Positions 1 to 9,191 of a DNA stretch of 64,000 nucleotides are shown in pieces. How positions within the stretch are numbered: the stretch's first letter is position 1; each line of letters begins with the position of its first letter. The stretch is from Anaerolineales bacterium. Lineage in GTDB: Bacteria > Chloroflexota > Anaerolineae > Anaerolineales > UBA4823. The notes under the pieces are model-generated. The model ran no database searches. It was not told the origin of the DNA and saw only the letters and a program-made list of their open reading frames with translations. A program made the position numbers and the translations under genes. The stretch spans positions 133,693 through 197,692 of the forward strand of contig JAOSJQ010000001.1 of NCBI GenBank assembly GCA_027494035.1, given 5' to 3'.

Positions 1-72
1 GAATATTTATTCGAGCATCATCTGCGCCGCGCCGAAGGGGTGAACGAAGTCCGCATCGGCTACGGCGACTAA
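1..72 (+). CDS. 3' end of an unidentified CDS (partial, runs off the window)
   Basis: Frame 1 is open from the window edge to TAA at 70-72 (EYLFEHHLRRAEGVNEVRIGYGD*). Too short to assign a function. Confidence 0.25.
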   Translation, partial: EYLFEHHLRRAEGVNEVRIGYGD

Positions 73-91
73 TGACTTCCAGGCAATCGAT

Positions 92-3000
92 TCAGACTAA
101 TTTTTCCAACTGATACCCCGATCGCTTCTTCGCACTGTTCAGCTCGTCCCATACTTCGCGAATACCTGTGATCGCTCTGCTCAGCCTGGCTGGAGCCAGC
201 CTTGGATTAGTTCTGCATTGGATCAATTCAAAAATAACGGTCCACCAGGCTAACTCCTCAAAAGCCTCCCGGTTGAACCATAAGATCCCGTCGTAGGGGT
301 GGGTATGCAAGAACCGCCTGGCAGCTTCGTCTGCCAGCCAGGAATTGAGCAAGTTACTGGCAAGCGCGGGCGCGCCATCTTTCGAATCCGACCAACCTTG
401 ATTGGAGAGGATCACCCGCGCCAGATCTGTCTGTCTTCTGGCAGTGTCCGGCTGCATCCCCATGTCAGACAACGCCCTGGCGATGACCTTCTCCAGCAGC
501 CAGTCGTCGAGCCAGGCGCGGCTGCGGGACGCAAACCCAGCCTCCCCCCCAAGTTTACCCAGCTTGCCGGTAATGATGGCGCACAGCAGCGTTCCCCATA
601 CTTCCGGGCTGGCTCCAGAAAGGTCGAGTTCCAATTTAGCGCTTGAGAAAGGAAGCGCCCGATCCTGGGTCTTGCTGGCGCGCTTCTTCTTCGGCGCGCC
701 GACCTCCAGCGTTTCGGCTGTCAAAACAAAAACCAGGTCGTTGTGGATTTCATTCCTCACCGGATCGAGAGCGGCATCATTTCCAATCCGCGGCTGGATG
801 GCGGCTAAGAGCGCGGTCAACTTTTGGTCAAACTCGGCAATTGCCGCGTCCAAATTCGGCTGCTCGAACCGGTCCGATCCGGCGCGGTTGTCGATCAGCC
901 ATCTGAACATGCCGGCATTGACGATCTCGCGATAGGGCGTCAGCACATCCCGCAGCGAGTATTCGCGCAGGGCTTCAGCGATGTCCGGCGTGCCCTGACC
1001 GTTGAGCATCCCGTTCAATTCCGCATAAGGGTGCGCGGCGTCTTGAAATACTTCGCGAAAATCGAGAAATACCTGATATTGATAGGCGCGCAATTCGAAA
1101 TACATCCCCTGCTTTATTAGCATCTGGCTGGGGCGGATGAATTCCAGCCCGCTTACGTGCTCCCTGAAAATCACAAAGGCATTCGGGTCATCGTGCAGCC
1201 GCAAATCCTCGGATAAGGAGGTTTGAACCAGCATTTTCTGCTCATCCTGACCCGTCTTGATCGAAAAAGCCGCAGACCGGTGGATCCAACCGCTCACCTC
1301 GGCGTAGCGGTTGTGGAAAACGACCAGGGCAGTCCGCTCCCCGGCGCGGTTTGAAAACGCGTAAACGTCCTCGTTGACGTAACCGTCCTGGGTAAAAAAA
1401 TCATACAATCGAAAATTGACCACTTCAGCGAAGAGGTAACGCTGGCGCAGCAGCGGGAAGATCTCGCGAACGTGTCGCTCGACCAGCGCGTGATCCGGTT
1501 CTTCATGCCATTTGGCATAACGAAATTCCATGCCGTATTTCTCGGTGAACCCTTCAACCTGACCATGTCCGAACATGGGCAAACCGGGCATGGTCGCCAT
1601 CAGGGTGCAAATTCCGAAGTATTTATCGCCTTTGCCAAACTGGTCCACCGCGGTGCGCTCGTCGGGATTGTTCATAAAGTTCACAAAGCGCTTCAAGATC
1701 TCTGGGTCGAACTCCATCGTGTTCTTGATTACCAGGCGGTACTCCTGGTTTTTCTCGTCGCGCAGCATGTTCATGAAGGCGCTGTTATAGACGCGATGCA
1801 TGCCAAGCGTGCGCACAAAATAACCTTCCATCAACCAGAACGCTTCGGCAAGCAGCAGGGTATCCGGCAACTCCTGCGCCACGCGATCCACAACCATCCG
1901 CCAAAACTCCTCTGGAAAGGCTTGATCGAACTGCTGTTTGGTCATCCCGAATTCTGCCCGGCTGGGAATATCCCCTCCGGAGCCAGGCTCGGGGAACCAA
2001 AGCCGCTGATAATGTCGTTTAGCCAGCGTCATGGCGGCGTCAAAGCGAATGATCGGAAACCCACGTGCAACGTGCAGGATGGTCTGGATCACCGCCTCGC
2101 GCACCTCGGGCAGCAGATAATTGAGCTGCGCCGTATCGTTCCAGGGCATGGATGTGCCGTCGTTGCCGTGGTAGATATAGCGCGCTTCACCGGTCCAGAA
2201 ATCCACGCGTTTGAAAACCACAGCTGCATCGCTGTTATCATAATAATGGTCTTCGATGAAAATACCTACCCGGTCATCGGAGGATAGATTGGGCCCGTTG
2301 AATGAATAGGACGGAAACGGCGGGTCTTGCACCTGAATGAACCAGTCCGGGTGGTTGATCATCCAATGCGAATCGATCCCCATGTGGTTCGGCACCATAT
2401 CCGAAGCCAGCCGGATGCCGTGCCTGGCAGCCATCTCCTTCAACGCCTGATAAGCCTCATCGCCACCCAAATCAGCCGCGATATCGTAACTGAGCAAGGA
2501 ATAAGCCGACGCGATCGATTCTGCGTTCCCGCGCAGTTGCTTGATCCGCTGTGAAGCCCGGCTGCGCTCCCACAAACCAATCAGCCACAGTCCGGTGATC
2601 CCCCAGCGCGCCAGGGTTTCAAACTCCGCTTCAGGGATCTGGTCCAAGCGGACAATCGCCCGGCTATATTTGCGCGAAAGCTGGTCGAGCCAGACATACG
2701 AGTTCTTAGCCAAGAGCACCAGGTTGGGCATCCAGTAAACATCCTGGCTGAAGCGCTCCGGCTCGAATTCATATTCGGGACCGCGAAACTCATAAACCCA
2801 TGTCTGCGGCTGACCGCCCACGCCAAAAACCGGTTTGGTTTCTTCGCGGATCAAATCCAGGCTGCTCAACAAGCGAATGATAATAAAGGAAATCAACTTC
2901 CCCCACTTCCGGCGTATAAAATCAAGCTGATCCGCTAATGAGTGTGGATGCAGCCTGGCAGGTTTCTGAAGCATTTCGATCAGGTTCTCTGAATCCGGAC

Positions 3001-3631
3001 CGAACTTTGGCTGGGTATCGAAGAAACGCACCAACTCCGGAAATATTTCGGCGTAGACCGTTGTGCGCTCAAGATCGCGGTCGTCAAACAGCTCGAGCGT
3101 GGGGGCGAAAGCCGGATTCGCGTTTGCCAGCCAGAGCATGAGAAGCTCTTCCAGCGCCAACTCGCGATTCGGCGTGGTTCTGCCGTCTTCTCGCAGCGAA
3201 GCCGCAGCCAAATAATCTTCAGCGCTCATCAGGCCGCGATAAACTGCCATGGGAGGGAACTGCTGCACAAATTCCAGCAAGAGCCGATCCATCCCCTCAG
3301 CGCTAAACTTGCGCTCCAGCCATGCGAGGGCTTTTTCCACCACAAGAGGATCGATCTGTTTGCGATATTCGTCGACGACTGCGTGCAGAATTTCGTCGAT
3401 CAGACCCATGGCATTGATCTGACCTGCCTTCACCGCTCTTTCGGGATGCCGTGAAACACCGCGCTGTTCATTCAGTTTTTGGGCAAATAACCGGGCGGCG
3501 CGAAAATCCGCAAAGATCACATTCCCATTTGTCGCAAATAACGCCTGATCGAATTGATATCTTTCACGCGCCTGCCGCGAAACATGTAACTCCAGCATAT
3601 ATGCTTGCCGCTTATCGTTTATCCGATTCAT
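92..3631 (-). CDS. large alpha-amylase family (GH13-like) glycoside hydrolase, 1179 aa
   Basis: GH13 conserved regions are recognisable: I DMVPNH, II IIRFDAAMTLAKR, III LLLAEAFW, IV FMNNPDE. Long N- and C-terminal flanking domains surround the catalytic core. Confidence 0.8.
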   Translation of the reverse strand: MNRINDKRQAYMLELHVSRQARERYQFDQALFATNGNVIFADFRAARLFAQKLNEQRGVSRHPERAVKAGQINAMGLIDEILHAVVDEYRKQIDPLVVEKALAWLERKFSAEGMDRLLLEFVQQFPPMAVYRGLMSAEDYLAAASLREDGRTTPNRELALEELLMLWLANANPAFAPTLELFDDRDLERTTVYAEIFPELVRFFDTQPKFGPDSENLIEMLQKPARLHPHSLADQLDFIRRKWGKLISFIIIRLLSSLDLIREETKPVFGVGGQPQTWVYEFRGPEYEFEPERFSQDVYWMPNLVLLAKNSYVWLDQLSRKYSRAIVRLDQIPEAEFETLARWGITGLWLIGLWERSRASQRIKQLRGNAESIASAYSLLSYDIAADLGGDEAYQALKEMAARHGIRLASDMVPNHMGIDSHWMINHPDWFIQVQDPPFPSYSFNGPNLSSDDRVGIFIEDHYYDNSDAAVVFKRVDFWTGEARYIYHGNDGTSMPWNDTAQLNYLLPEVREAVIQTILHVARGFPIIRFDAAMTLAKRHYQRLWFPEPGSGGDIPSRAEFGMTKQQFDQAFPEEFWRMVVDRVAQELPDTLLLAEAFWLMEGYFVRTLGMHRVYNSAFMNMLRDEKNQEYRLVIKNTMEFDPEILKRFVNFMNNPDERTAVDQFGKGDKYFGICTLMATMPGLPMFGHGQVEGFTEKYGMEFRYAKWHEEPDHALVERHVREIFPLLRQRYLFAEVVNFRLYDFFTQDGYVNEDVYAFSNRAGERTALVVFHNRYAEVSGWIHRSAAFSIKTGQDEQKMLVQTSLSEDLRLHDDPNAFVIFREHVSGLEFIRPSQMLIKQGMYFELRAYQYQVFLDFREVFQDAAHPYAELNGMLNGQGTPDIAEALREYSLRDVLTPYREIVNAGMFRWLIDNRAGSDRFEQPNLDAAIAEFDQKLTALLAAIQPRIGNDAALDPVRNEIHNDLVFVLTAETLEVGAPKKKRASKTQDRALPFSSAKLELDLSGASPEVWGTLLCAIITGKLGKLGGEAGFASRSRAWLDDWLLEKVIARALSDMGMQPDTARRQTDLARVILSNQGWSDSKDGAPALASNLLNSWLADEAARRFLHTHPYDGILWFNREAFEELAWWTVIFELIQCRTNPRLAPARLSRAITGIREVWDELNSAKKRSGYQLEKLV

Positions 3632-3907
3632 CGCATCTCCAAGTTACGATCCCCGAACATTGTATCCATAAGAAGTTGCTTTCCCCGCTGACTGCCCACA
3701 TATTCCTCAATGATCTTCCCACCGATGAACGAAAGCCATTATATACAATCCGCACGAAGAACCCCACGCCAGCCCCTGGCTTGTTGGATCAATGACTGGC
3801 AATTTGTCAGCGAAAGCAAGAATTCAATCCGGTCTGTGCGAATTATCCCATAGAGGACGAAAGTGGTAAAGCGGACTCTAAACAAACGCAATCGAACAAG
3901 CGCCTTT

Positions 3908-3916
3908 TGATATAAT
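3908..3916 (+). promoter_or_regulatory. putative extended -10 promoter (TGaTATAAT) for the sulfurtransferase gene
   Basis: TGATATAAT lies 19 nt upstream of the ATG at 3935. GAAGGTGA at 3923-3930 is an SD-like element. Confidence 0.4.
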
Positions 3917-3934
3917 TCGGGCGAAGGTGATGCC

Positions 3935-4798
3935 ATGTCATACAATCTACTGATCTCGACCGAAGAACTCGCTTTACACTTGACTGACCCGGACTGGCTC
4001 GTTGCGGATTGCCGTTTTCTCTTATCCAAACCCGACGAGAAAGAGAGTGACTACCAACGGGCGCACATCCCGGGCGCGATCTACGTACACCTGGATCGCG
4101 ATCTTTCAGCTCCAGTTGTCCCTGGCGTCACGGGGCGCCATCCGCTGCCGGCGCCCGCAGACGCCGCCCGTCGGTTCGGGGCGCTTGGCATTGGTCCCGG
4201 GGTTCAGGTCGTGGCTTACGACGACCTGGGCGGCTCGCTGGCGGCGGTGCGCTTGTGGCTGATGCTGCGCTGGCTGGGTCATGAAAACGCCGCGATTTTA
4301 GATGGAGGCTGGCAAAAATGGCTCGCAGAGGACCGCCCAGTAGAAGGCGGGACAATAAAGCGGAGTGCCAGAGAATTCGCCGCCCAGCCGCCTTTAGATT
4401 GCTTCGTAACCACCGCAGAAGTTGAGTGGATTCGTCTGGATCCGAATTTCAGATTGCTCGACGGTCGCGCCCCCGAACGCTTCCGCGGCGAGGTAGAGCC
4501 GATTGACCCCGTCGCGGGTCATATTCCTGGCGCCCACAATGTTCCATATACGGATAACCTTGCCGCCGATGGCACGTTCAAATCCCCAGAAGAACTGCGC
4601 CGCCTCTACGGAAAAATGACCGAAGGTGTGCCAGCCGAGCGAGTAGTTTTTTATTGCGGTTCGGGGGTGACGTCTATCCACAATATGTTGGCAATGAAGC
4701 TGGCTGGCTTGGGCGATGCTAAAGTTTATGCTGGCTCATGGAGCGAGTGGATTACCGACAGACAGCGCCCGATTGCCACCGGCGCAAATGACGGTTGA
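3935..4798 (+). CDS. sseA: 3-mercaptopyruvate/thiosulfate sulfurtransferase (tandem rhodanese)
   Basis: Two rhodanese-like halves. The active-site loop CGSGVTS sits in the C-terminal half. Length is 287 aa. Confidence 0.85.
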   Translation: MSYNLLISTEELALHLTDPDWLVADCRFLLSKPDEKESDYQRAHIPGAIYVHLDRDLSAPVVPGVTGRHPLPAPADAARRFGALGIGPGVQVVAYDDLGGSLAAVRLWLMLRWLGHENAAILDGGWQKWLAEDRPVEGGTIKRSAREFAAQPPLDCFVTTAEVEWIRLDPNFRLLDGRAPERFRGEVEPIDPVAGHIPGAHNVPYTDNLAADGTFKSPEELRRLYGKMTEGVPAERVVFYCGSGVTSIHNMLAMKLAGLGDAKVYAGSWSEWITDRQRPIATGANDG

Positions 4799-5695
4799 TC
4801 AATTGCCGGCGGTGTTGAGCATCGGCGTGGCAACCACGTAAATTCTGGCAGACCAGTTCAGGAGATTCGCCCCACCGCACGTGACCAGGGTCAATTGTTC
4901 GTGGTCGGTTGGCCAGAGGTATTTTTGATGTTTCTCCAGTTCGGAGGCGCTTTGCTGCTGCCAGGGAATTTTTTTAACGACCTGAACGCTGTAACGATAT
5001 TCGCTTCCGTCCTGGGTGTACACGGTGATCTGGCTGCCGGGTTTCAGATTTTGTAAGTTTACAAAAACCCCAGCGTTTGCGTACCAGCCATTGTTGTAAT
5101 TATGCCCCAACAAGACAATATTGCCGCCATCGCCAGGATTGACCGAAGCCTCGATCTGCCCCACCAGGTCCGATCTATTAGCCGTTGAAAAAAGGGCATC
5201 GGTGTTCCACTCTAATTGCTGACCGGAACTGCGTTTTAATCCCACCGGCACCACCGCCCGGTCGACGCGCAAATCCGGTATCACGATCCGAACCACCGGA
5301 CCAGCCGAGGGACCCGCTCTGACGCCTGGAGGCAGGCTTTCTTCCACCTGCGGATTTTCTTGCGGTTCTTCCCCTGCCGGTAAATCGGTTTCCGCCGGTT
5401 GCGCCGCGGCAATTTCTGATAATTCTGCTTTCAAGACAATCGGCATGAAAATCAACGGCACAGGCTCAGGCGGAACGATCTTAGGCGGCAAAGTCGGGAG
5501 CGGTCCTGCAAGCTCGATATTGGATTGAAGATAGCGAAACTCGTTCAATTGAGAAGTCGCCAGCGAGGTCTTTAACAACGCCAGCAGCACGCCAGCCAGC
5601 AGCAGCAACCCGGCTGCGACCAGCAGGTCGCTGATCCAACGCCCTTTTTTTACGTCTCTTCTTTGCACGGCAGGTGATCGCACTGGATTACTCAT
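4799..5695 (-). CDS. sortase family transpeptidase (membrane anchored)
   Basis: N-terminal TM helix (ISDLLVAAGLLLLAGVLLALL), then a Pro/Glu-rich linker. Catalytic His in LLGHN, TLVTCGG (TLxTC Cys motif) and a C-terminal Arg in ARIYVVA. Confidence 0.85.
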   Translation of the reverse strand: MSNPVRSPAVQRRDVKKGRWISDLLVAAGLLLLAGVLLALLKTSLATSQLNEFRYLQSNIELAGPLPTLPPKIVPPEPVPLIFMPIVLKAELSEIAAAQPAETDLPAGEEPQENPQVEESLPPGVRAGPSAGPVVRIVIPDLRVDRAVVPVGLKRSSGQQLEWNTDALFSTANRSDLVGQIEASVNPGDGGNIVLLGHNYNNGWYANAGVFVNLQNLKPGSQITVYTQDGSEYRYSVQVVKKIPWQQQSASELEKHQKYLWPTDHEQLTLVTCGGANLLNWSARIYVVATPMLNTAGN

Positions 5696-5774
5696 CCATT
5701 GACCGGGTGATTCAAGATTGATCGGATTGAGGGAGCCTGCGCCATCTGTCTGGATGGCGCAGGCTCAAAAAGAA

Positions 5775-6197
5775 TTAGCTGGCAGATTTCCTCTTCAGCA
5801 TCATTCCTGCCCCGACCAGCGCGACCCCGGCAACAGCCACCGCCGCCAGGATCAGTGGAAGCGGCAAATCCACACCTGTGTTTGGCGGGTACCCGCGGTA
5901 TTCGGTTGAAGTTACCGTGCAGGTCTGTCCTGTCCCAACCCAAACAATGCTGTGATGGACATAGTACCCGGAAAAGATCTGATAGAGATGACCGCCCCGG
6001 TAGGTTTGGCAAATGATATCGTTGATGATATGCTGCAGTTGGGCATTCGTGCTGCAAGCCCAAGGGAAAGCATATGTGCCATTTCCACCGGAGCCGATCA
6101 AAGTGCTGCAATAGAACACGCCTGCAGCGCTGGCTGCTACGGGGATCAACACCGCGATGAGCACCGCGGCAACAAACAGAATACGGATTTTCGTCAT
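5775..6197 (-). CDS. small secreted Cys-rich protein with C-terminal cell-wall sorting signal (probable sortase substrate)
   Basis: Signal peptide MTKIRILFVAAVLIAVLIPVAASAAG. Four Cys in the mature ~85 aa domain. C-terminus is YPPNTG + hydrophobic LPLPLILAAVAVAGVALVGAGMML + basic KRKSAS. It lies 79 nt upstream of the sortase on the same strand. Confidence 0.75.
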   Translation of the reverse strand: MTKIRILFVAAVLIAVLIPVAASAAGVFYCSTLIGSGGNGTYAFPWACSTNAQLQHIINDIICQTYRGGHLYQIFSGYYVHHSIVWVGTGQTCTVTSTEYRGYPPNTGVDLPLPLILAAVAVAGVALVGAGMMLKRKSAS

Positions 6198-6288
6198 TTC
6201 ACATTCTCCCTAAAAATGAATATTATTGTCTGATTGAAAACTGAACATACGTCAATTAAATGCTGGGCATCTCCTTTCTTGAAATCGA

Positions 6289-7524
6289 TCACGGCACAGT
6301 CTTCCCTCCGATATCCTGCAAATGAAATTGAACCAATTGGATTAGCGCAGGATCGTTGGTTAACGTCAGGGCGCTTTCAAAGGCAGCCGTGGCTTTCTCC
6401 GGCTGGTCAAGCGCGCTGAACGCCAATCCCAGATAAAGATACATTTCCGCGTCCCGGACGCCCGCCTCATATGCCTGCTTCAATTCCAACAGCGCTTCAC
6501 CGGAGCGATCTTCCAGCACAGCCATGATCCCCAGATTGCGATGCGCCCTGGCATTGGCTGGATCCGCTTGTAAGACCTCATTCCAGACCTGCTCAGCCGC
6601 GTCATATTCCCCTTTTTTCATCATCAGGCTTGCCCACTGTTCTTGGGCATCCATTCGGTCGGGAGCAAGCTCGATCACCCGATGATAAGTTTTTATCGCC
6701 GCTTCCTGATTGCCGGCTGCCTGATAAGCGTTCGCCAGGTTGAAGTAAGCCTCCGGGTTGCCTGGGTCAAGCTCTACCGCTTGCTCCAAATGCTGAATTG
6801 CCTGCGAAGTCTGCCAACTCCCTAAGAGTGTCACACCCAGATTATTTTGAGCCGAAGCCAACAGCGCGTCAGCCGCGATTGCCTGCTCAAATGCCTTTAT
6901 CGCCGGGCTCTGTTTCCCCTGGACATACAGCGAGTACCCGTAAGCGTCGTACAGCAGGGCGGTACGCGGCTGCCATCTCAGTGAAAATTCAAGATATCTT
7001 TCCGCCAAGTCTGGTCTGTTCACATTAAGTGTGTATCCAACCACCCGCTCATTGGTGAATTGGAGCAAGTCCGAACCGACAAAAAAGACCGTGAACAGCA
7101 ACAGGATCAATCCAGCAGTCAGCCAAACCCAGGGGAAATTCTTCTTTGTGGATATTTTTACCGGTTTTAAGGATGGGCTCTGGCGAACCGCTTCCAGCCA
7201 GTCTGTGCGCGTGAGCACCCACAACCCCGCCTCTGAGCGGGCGGTTACGGCAGCCTGGCTCGGCGCATCCTCGCACAGCATGGCTTCCCCAAACGCCTGT
7301 CCAGGGAGCAAGGTCTGTAAGTTCTGATTTCCAAAATCAAGGTCGATCAATCCAAAGCCGACCAGCGCCCAAAACCCGCCGCGTTTTCCCCGTCCGACGA
7401 TCGTGTCTCCAGCCGAGAATACATAGCTTCTCAGCCGGCTTTGTAGAAAACGGCGCGCCTCAGCATTCAGCCCAGAAAAAGGCGGCAGGTCTTGAATGTC
7501 AGGTTTTATTCGTTCGCCCGTCAT
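6289..7524 (-). CDS. membrane protein with N-terminal cyclic-nucleotide-binding-like domain and C-terminal TPR repeats
   Basis: cNMP-binding-like beta-roll with FGEAML...APSQAAVTA. One TM helix (FPWVWLTAGLILLLFTVFFVG). Several TPR-like repeats follow (AIKAFEQAIAAD, AIQHLEQAVELDP, AIKTYHRVIELAP, ...). Confidence 0.7.
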   Translation of the reverse strand: MTGERIKPDIQDLPPFSGLNAEARRFLQSRLRSYVFSAGDTIVGRGKRGGFWALVGFGLIDLDFGNQNLQTLLPGQAFGEAMLCEDAPSQAAVTARSEAGLWVLTRTDWLEAVRQSPSLKPVKISTKKNFPWVWLTAGLILLLFTVFFVGSDLLQFTNERVVGYTLNVNRPDLAERYLEFSLRWQPRTALLYDAYGYSLYVQGKQSPAIKAFEQAIAADALLASAQNNLGVTLLGSWQTSQAIQHLEQAVELDPGNPEAYFNLANAYQAAGNQEAAIKTYHRVIELAPDRMDAQEQWASLMMKKGEYDAAEQVWNEVLQADPANARAHRNLGIMAVLEDRSGEALLELKQAYEAGVRDAEMYLYLGLAFSALDQPEKATAAFESALTLTNDPALIQLVQFHLQDIGGKTVP

Positions 7525-7638
7525 AGCTGATGATCAAGATGCAACCCTTATGCCAAAGACGGTCTCTCAAGACAGGACATTCCAGGGAGAGAATATCCAA
7601 AATAGTTGGTTATCTTGAGTATAAACGATTTTTATCAA

Positions 7639-8985
7639 TTATCGATGAAACGAAAAGAAGGGTCGTACCCCAAAGACGGTATCCAGGAGCTTTGAGCCGC
7701 CATCGATGTCTGCCAGATGCAGCTCGAACCCGTTTCCAGCCGGCAGCCAGAAAAGAAACTGTGTAGAATTTACCCAAGATAGCCCTTGCGCGCCGTTGAA
7801 GTCGGGGCTGAGACCCAGAGGGGTCTCTTCAAGGCTGCCGATCCACGTCTCAGGCGCCAGTCCGGTTGAGTAGACAAAGCGGGTCGAATCGGTTGACCAG
7901 CTCTGAAAAACGATCGGACTGGCTTTTGAATAGACGAAATCACCCAACCCATCCACGGTGGCTAAGTGCAGCTCGCGCAAGTTCTCCTGCGGCTGACCGG
8001 TCTCTTTAAGGAACGCAATCCGTTCAAGATCGGGCGAAAAAGCCACCGATTGTTCCTGGAAGGGCACGGCGAACACGCTGCCTGCCAGCGCCGGCGATGT
8101 ATCATCGGCTGAAATGCGCCAGATTTCGGTCGCTTGTGGCGGCTGAGCCAGGGGATCAACCGGGGGATCGCTGCCAACCAAAAAAGAACCATCCGGCGCC
8201 CAGACCGGTCTGGCATAAAATCGGTATTCGGAATAGGTCGTGACCGGATCATAGCGCAACGCCGAGCGGTATTGGCTGCCATCCGCGTTCGTCAGGAGTA
8301 TTTGATCCGGCTGGGAGATGGCGATCTGAGACCCATCGGGTGAATAAAAGAATTCGCCGCCCCAGCCTGACAGGAACAAGTGATTAATTTGCAGGCTGTC
8401 GGCGTCCACCACGTATAAATCGTTTAGCAAACTCAAGCCAGGTCCTTGAAATACCTGTTGGGTGTTGAACGCCAGGTTGTGAGAACCCGGAATCCAGCGG
8501 AAACGGTAAGGGATAATCGCCAGCGCGGCGGGATCGCGCACACCACCCCCAATTGCGTCCAGATCCTCCACGCCGACAAGCCGGCGCTGGTTCTCACCGT
8601 TCGAATCGACCGCCCAGATTTCCAGATGAAAGGCATCGATCGTCCGTAAAAAGGCGATTATTTTCCCATCCGGGGAAAGCCGCGGCTCATAGGCGTCGCT
8701 GGAAGTGGTCAACTGCTTGATCGCCCCTTGCAACCAGATAGATACGTTATTCTCGTTGGTATAAGCCACGATCAACGCGCCTGTATCGGGCGTTGGCGGT
8801 TGGGTCTCTGGAACGGAACCTGGCGTTTCGACCACCCCAGATGAGGCGATGGTAGAGGTTGGCAGTATTGGAAGAATAGTAACGGTTGGGGTTGGTGCAG
8901 GTTTTCCGGAAAAGGCACAGGCTACGCTGGTCAGCAACACTCCAAACGTAAGCAGATAGACCCTGATTTTCTTTTTCCCTTTCAT
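7639..8985 (-). CDS. lipoprotein with TolB-like PD40 beta-propeller repeats
   Basis: Lipobox LLTSVAC. Repeated SPDG/APDG motifs (SPDGKIIAFL, SPDGSQIAIS, APDGSFLVGS, SPDLERIAFL). The second ATG (8985) has an AGGAGGT SD; the ORF track start is 9006. Confidence 0.7.
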   Translation of the reverse strand: MKGKKKIRVYLLTFGVLLTSVACAFSGKPAPTPTVTILPILPTSTIASSGVVETPGSVPETQPPTPDTGALIVAYTNENNVSIWLQGAIKQLTTSSDAYEPRLSPDGKIIAFLRTIDAFHLEIWAVDSNGENQRRLVGVEDLDAIGGGVRDPAALAIIPYRFRWIPGSHNLAFNTQQVFQGPGLSLLNDLYVVDADSLQINHLFLSGWGGEFFYSPDGSQIAISQPDQILLTNADGSQYRSALRYDPVTTYSEYRFYARPVWAPDGSFLVGSDPPVDPLAQPPQATEIWRISADDTSPALAGSVFAVPFQEQSVAFSPDLERIAFLKETGQPQENLRELHLATVDGLGDFVYSKASPIVFQSWSTDSTRFVYSTGLAPETWIGSLEETPLGLSPDFNGAQGLSWVNSTQFLFWLPAGNGFELHLADIDGGSKLLDTVFGVRPFFSFHR

Positions 8986-9174
8986 CCTACCTCCTGCGCC
9001 TTTCATTGATCCTCGGTTCTCCTGGACGATCCTTTCCCACGACGCCGCAACTCGGGGCGAAGTTCCCGATGGCGGTCAGCACCTGTCAAAGATTCTTCGT
9101 CGATCAGAATCAGTATACCTCGTATACGAATAAAACTATCCTCTGCTCTTAACGCCCAAATGCTTGAACATTGT

Positions 9175-9183
9175 TGGTAGAAT
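9175..9183 (+). promoter_or_regulatory. putative extended -10 promoter (TGgTAGAAT); ATG only 8 nt downstream (leaderless or near-leaderless)
   Basis: TGGTAGAAT at 9175-9183, ATG at 9192, and no SD in between. Confidence 0.45.
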
Positions 9184-9191
9184 CGTTCTAA

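Noticed and set aside
5692-6111. 139 aa ORF overlapping the sortase-substrate gene in another frame.
   Set aside because: The 5775-6197 frame gives a coherent signal peptide and sorting signal. The alternative frame gives no recognisable features.
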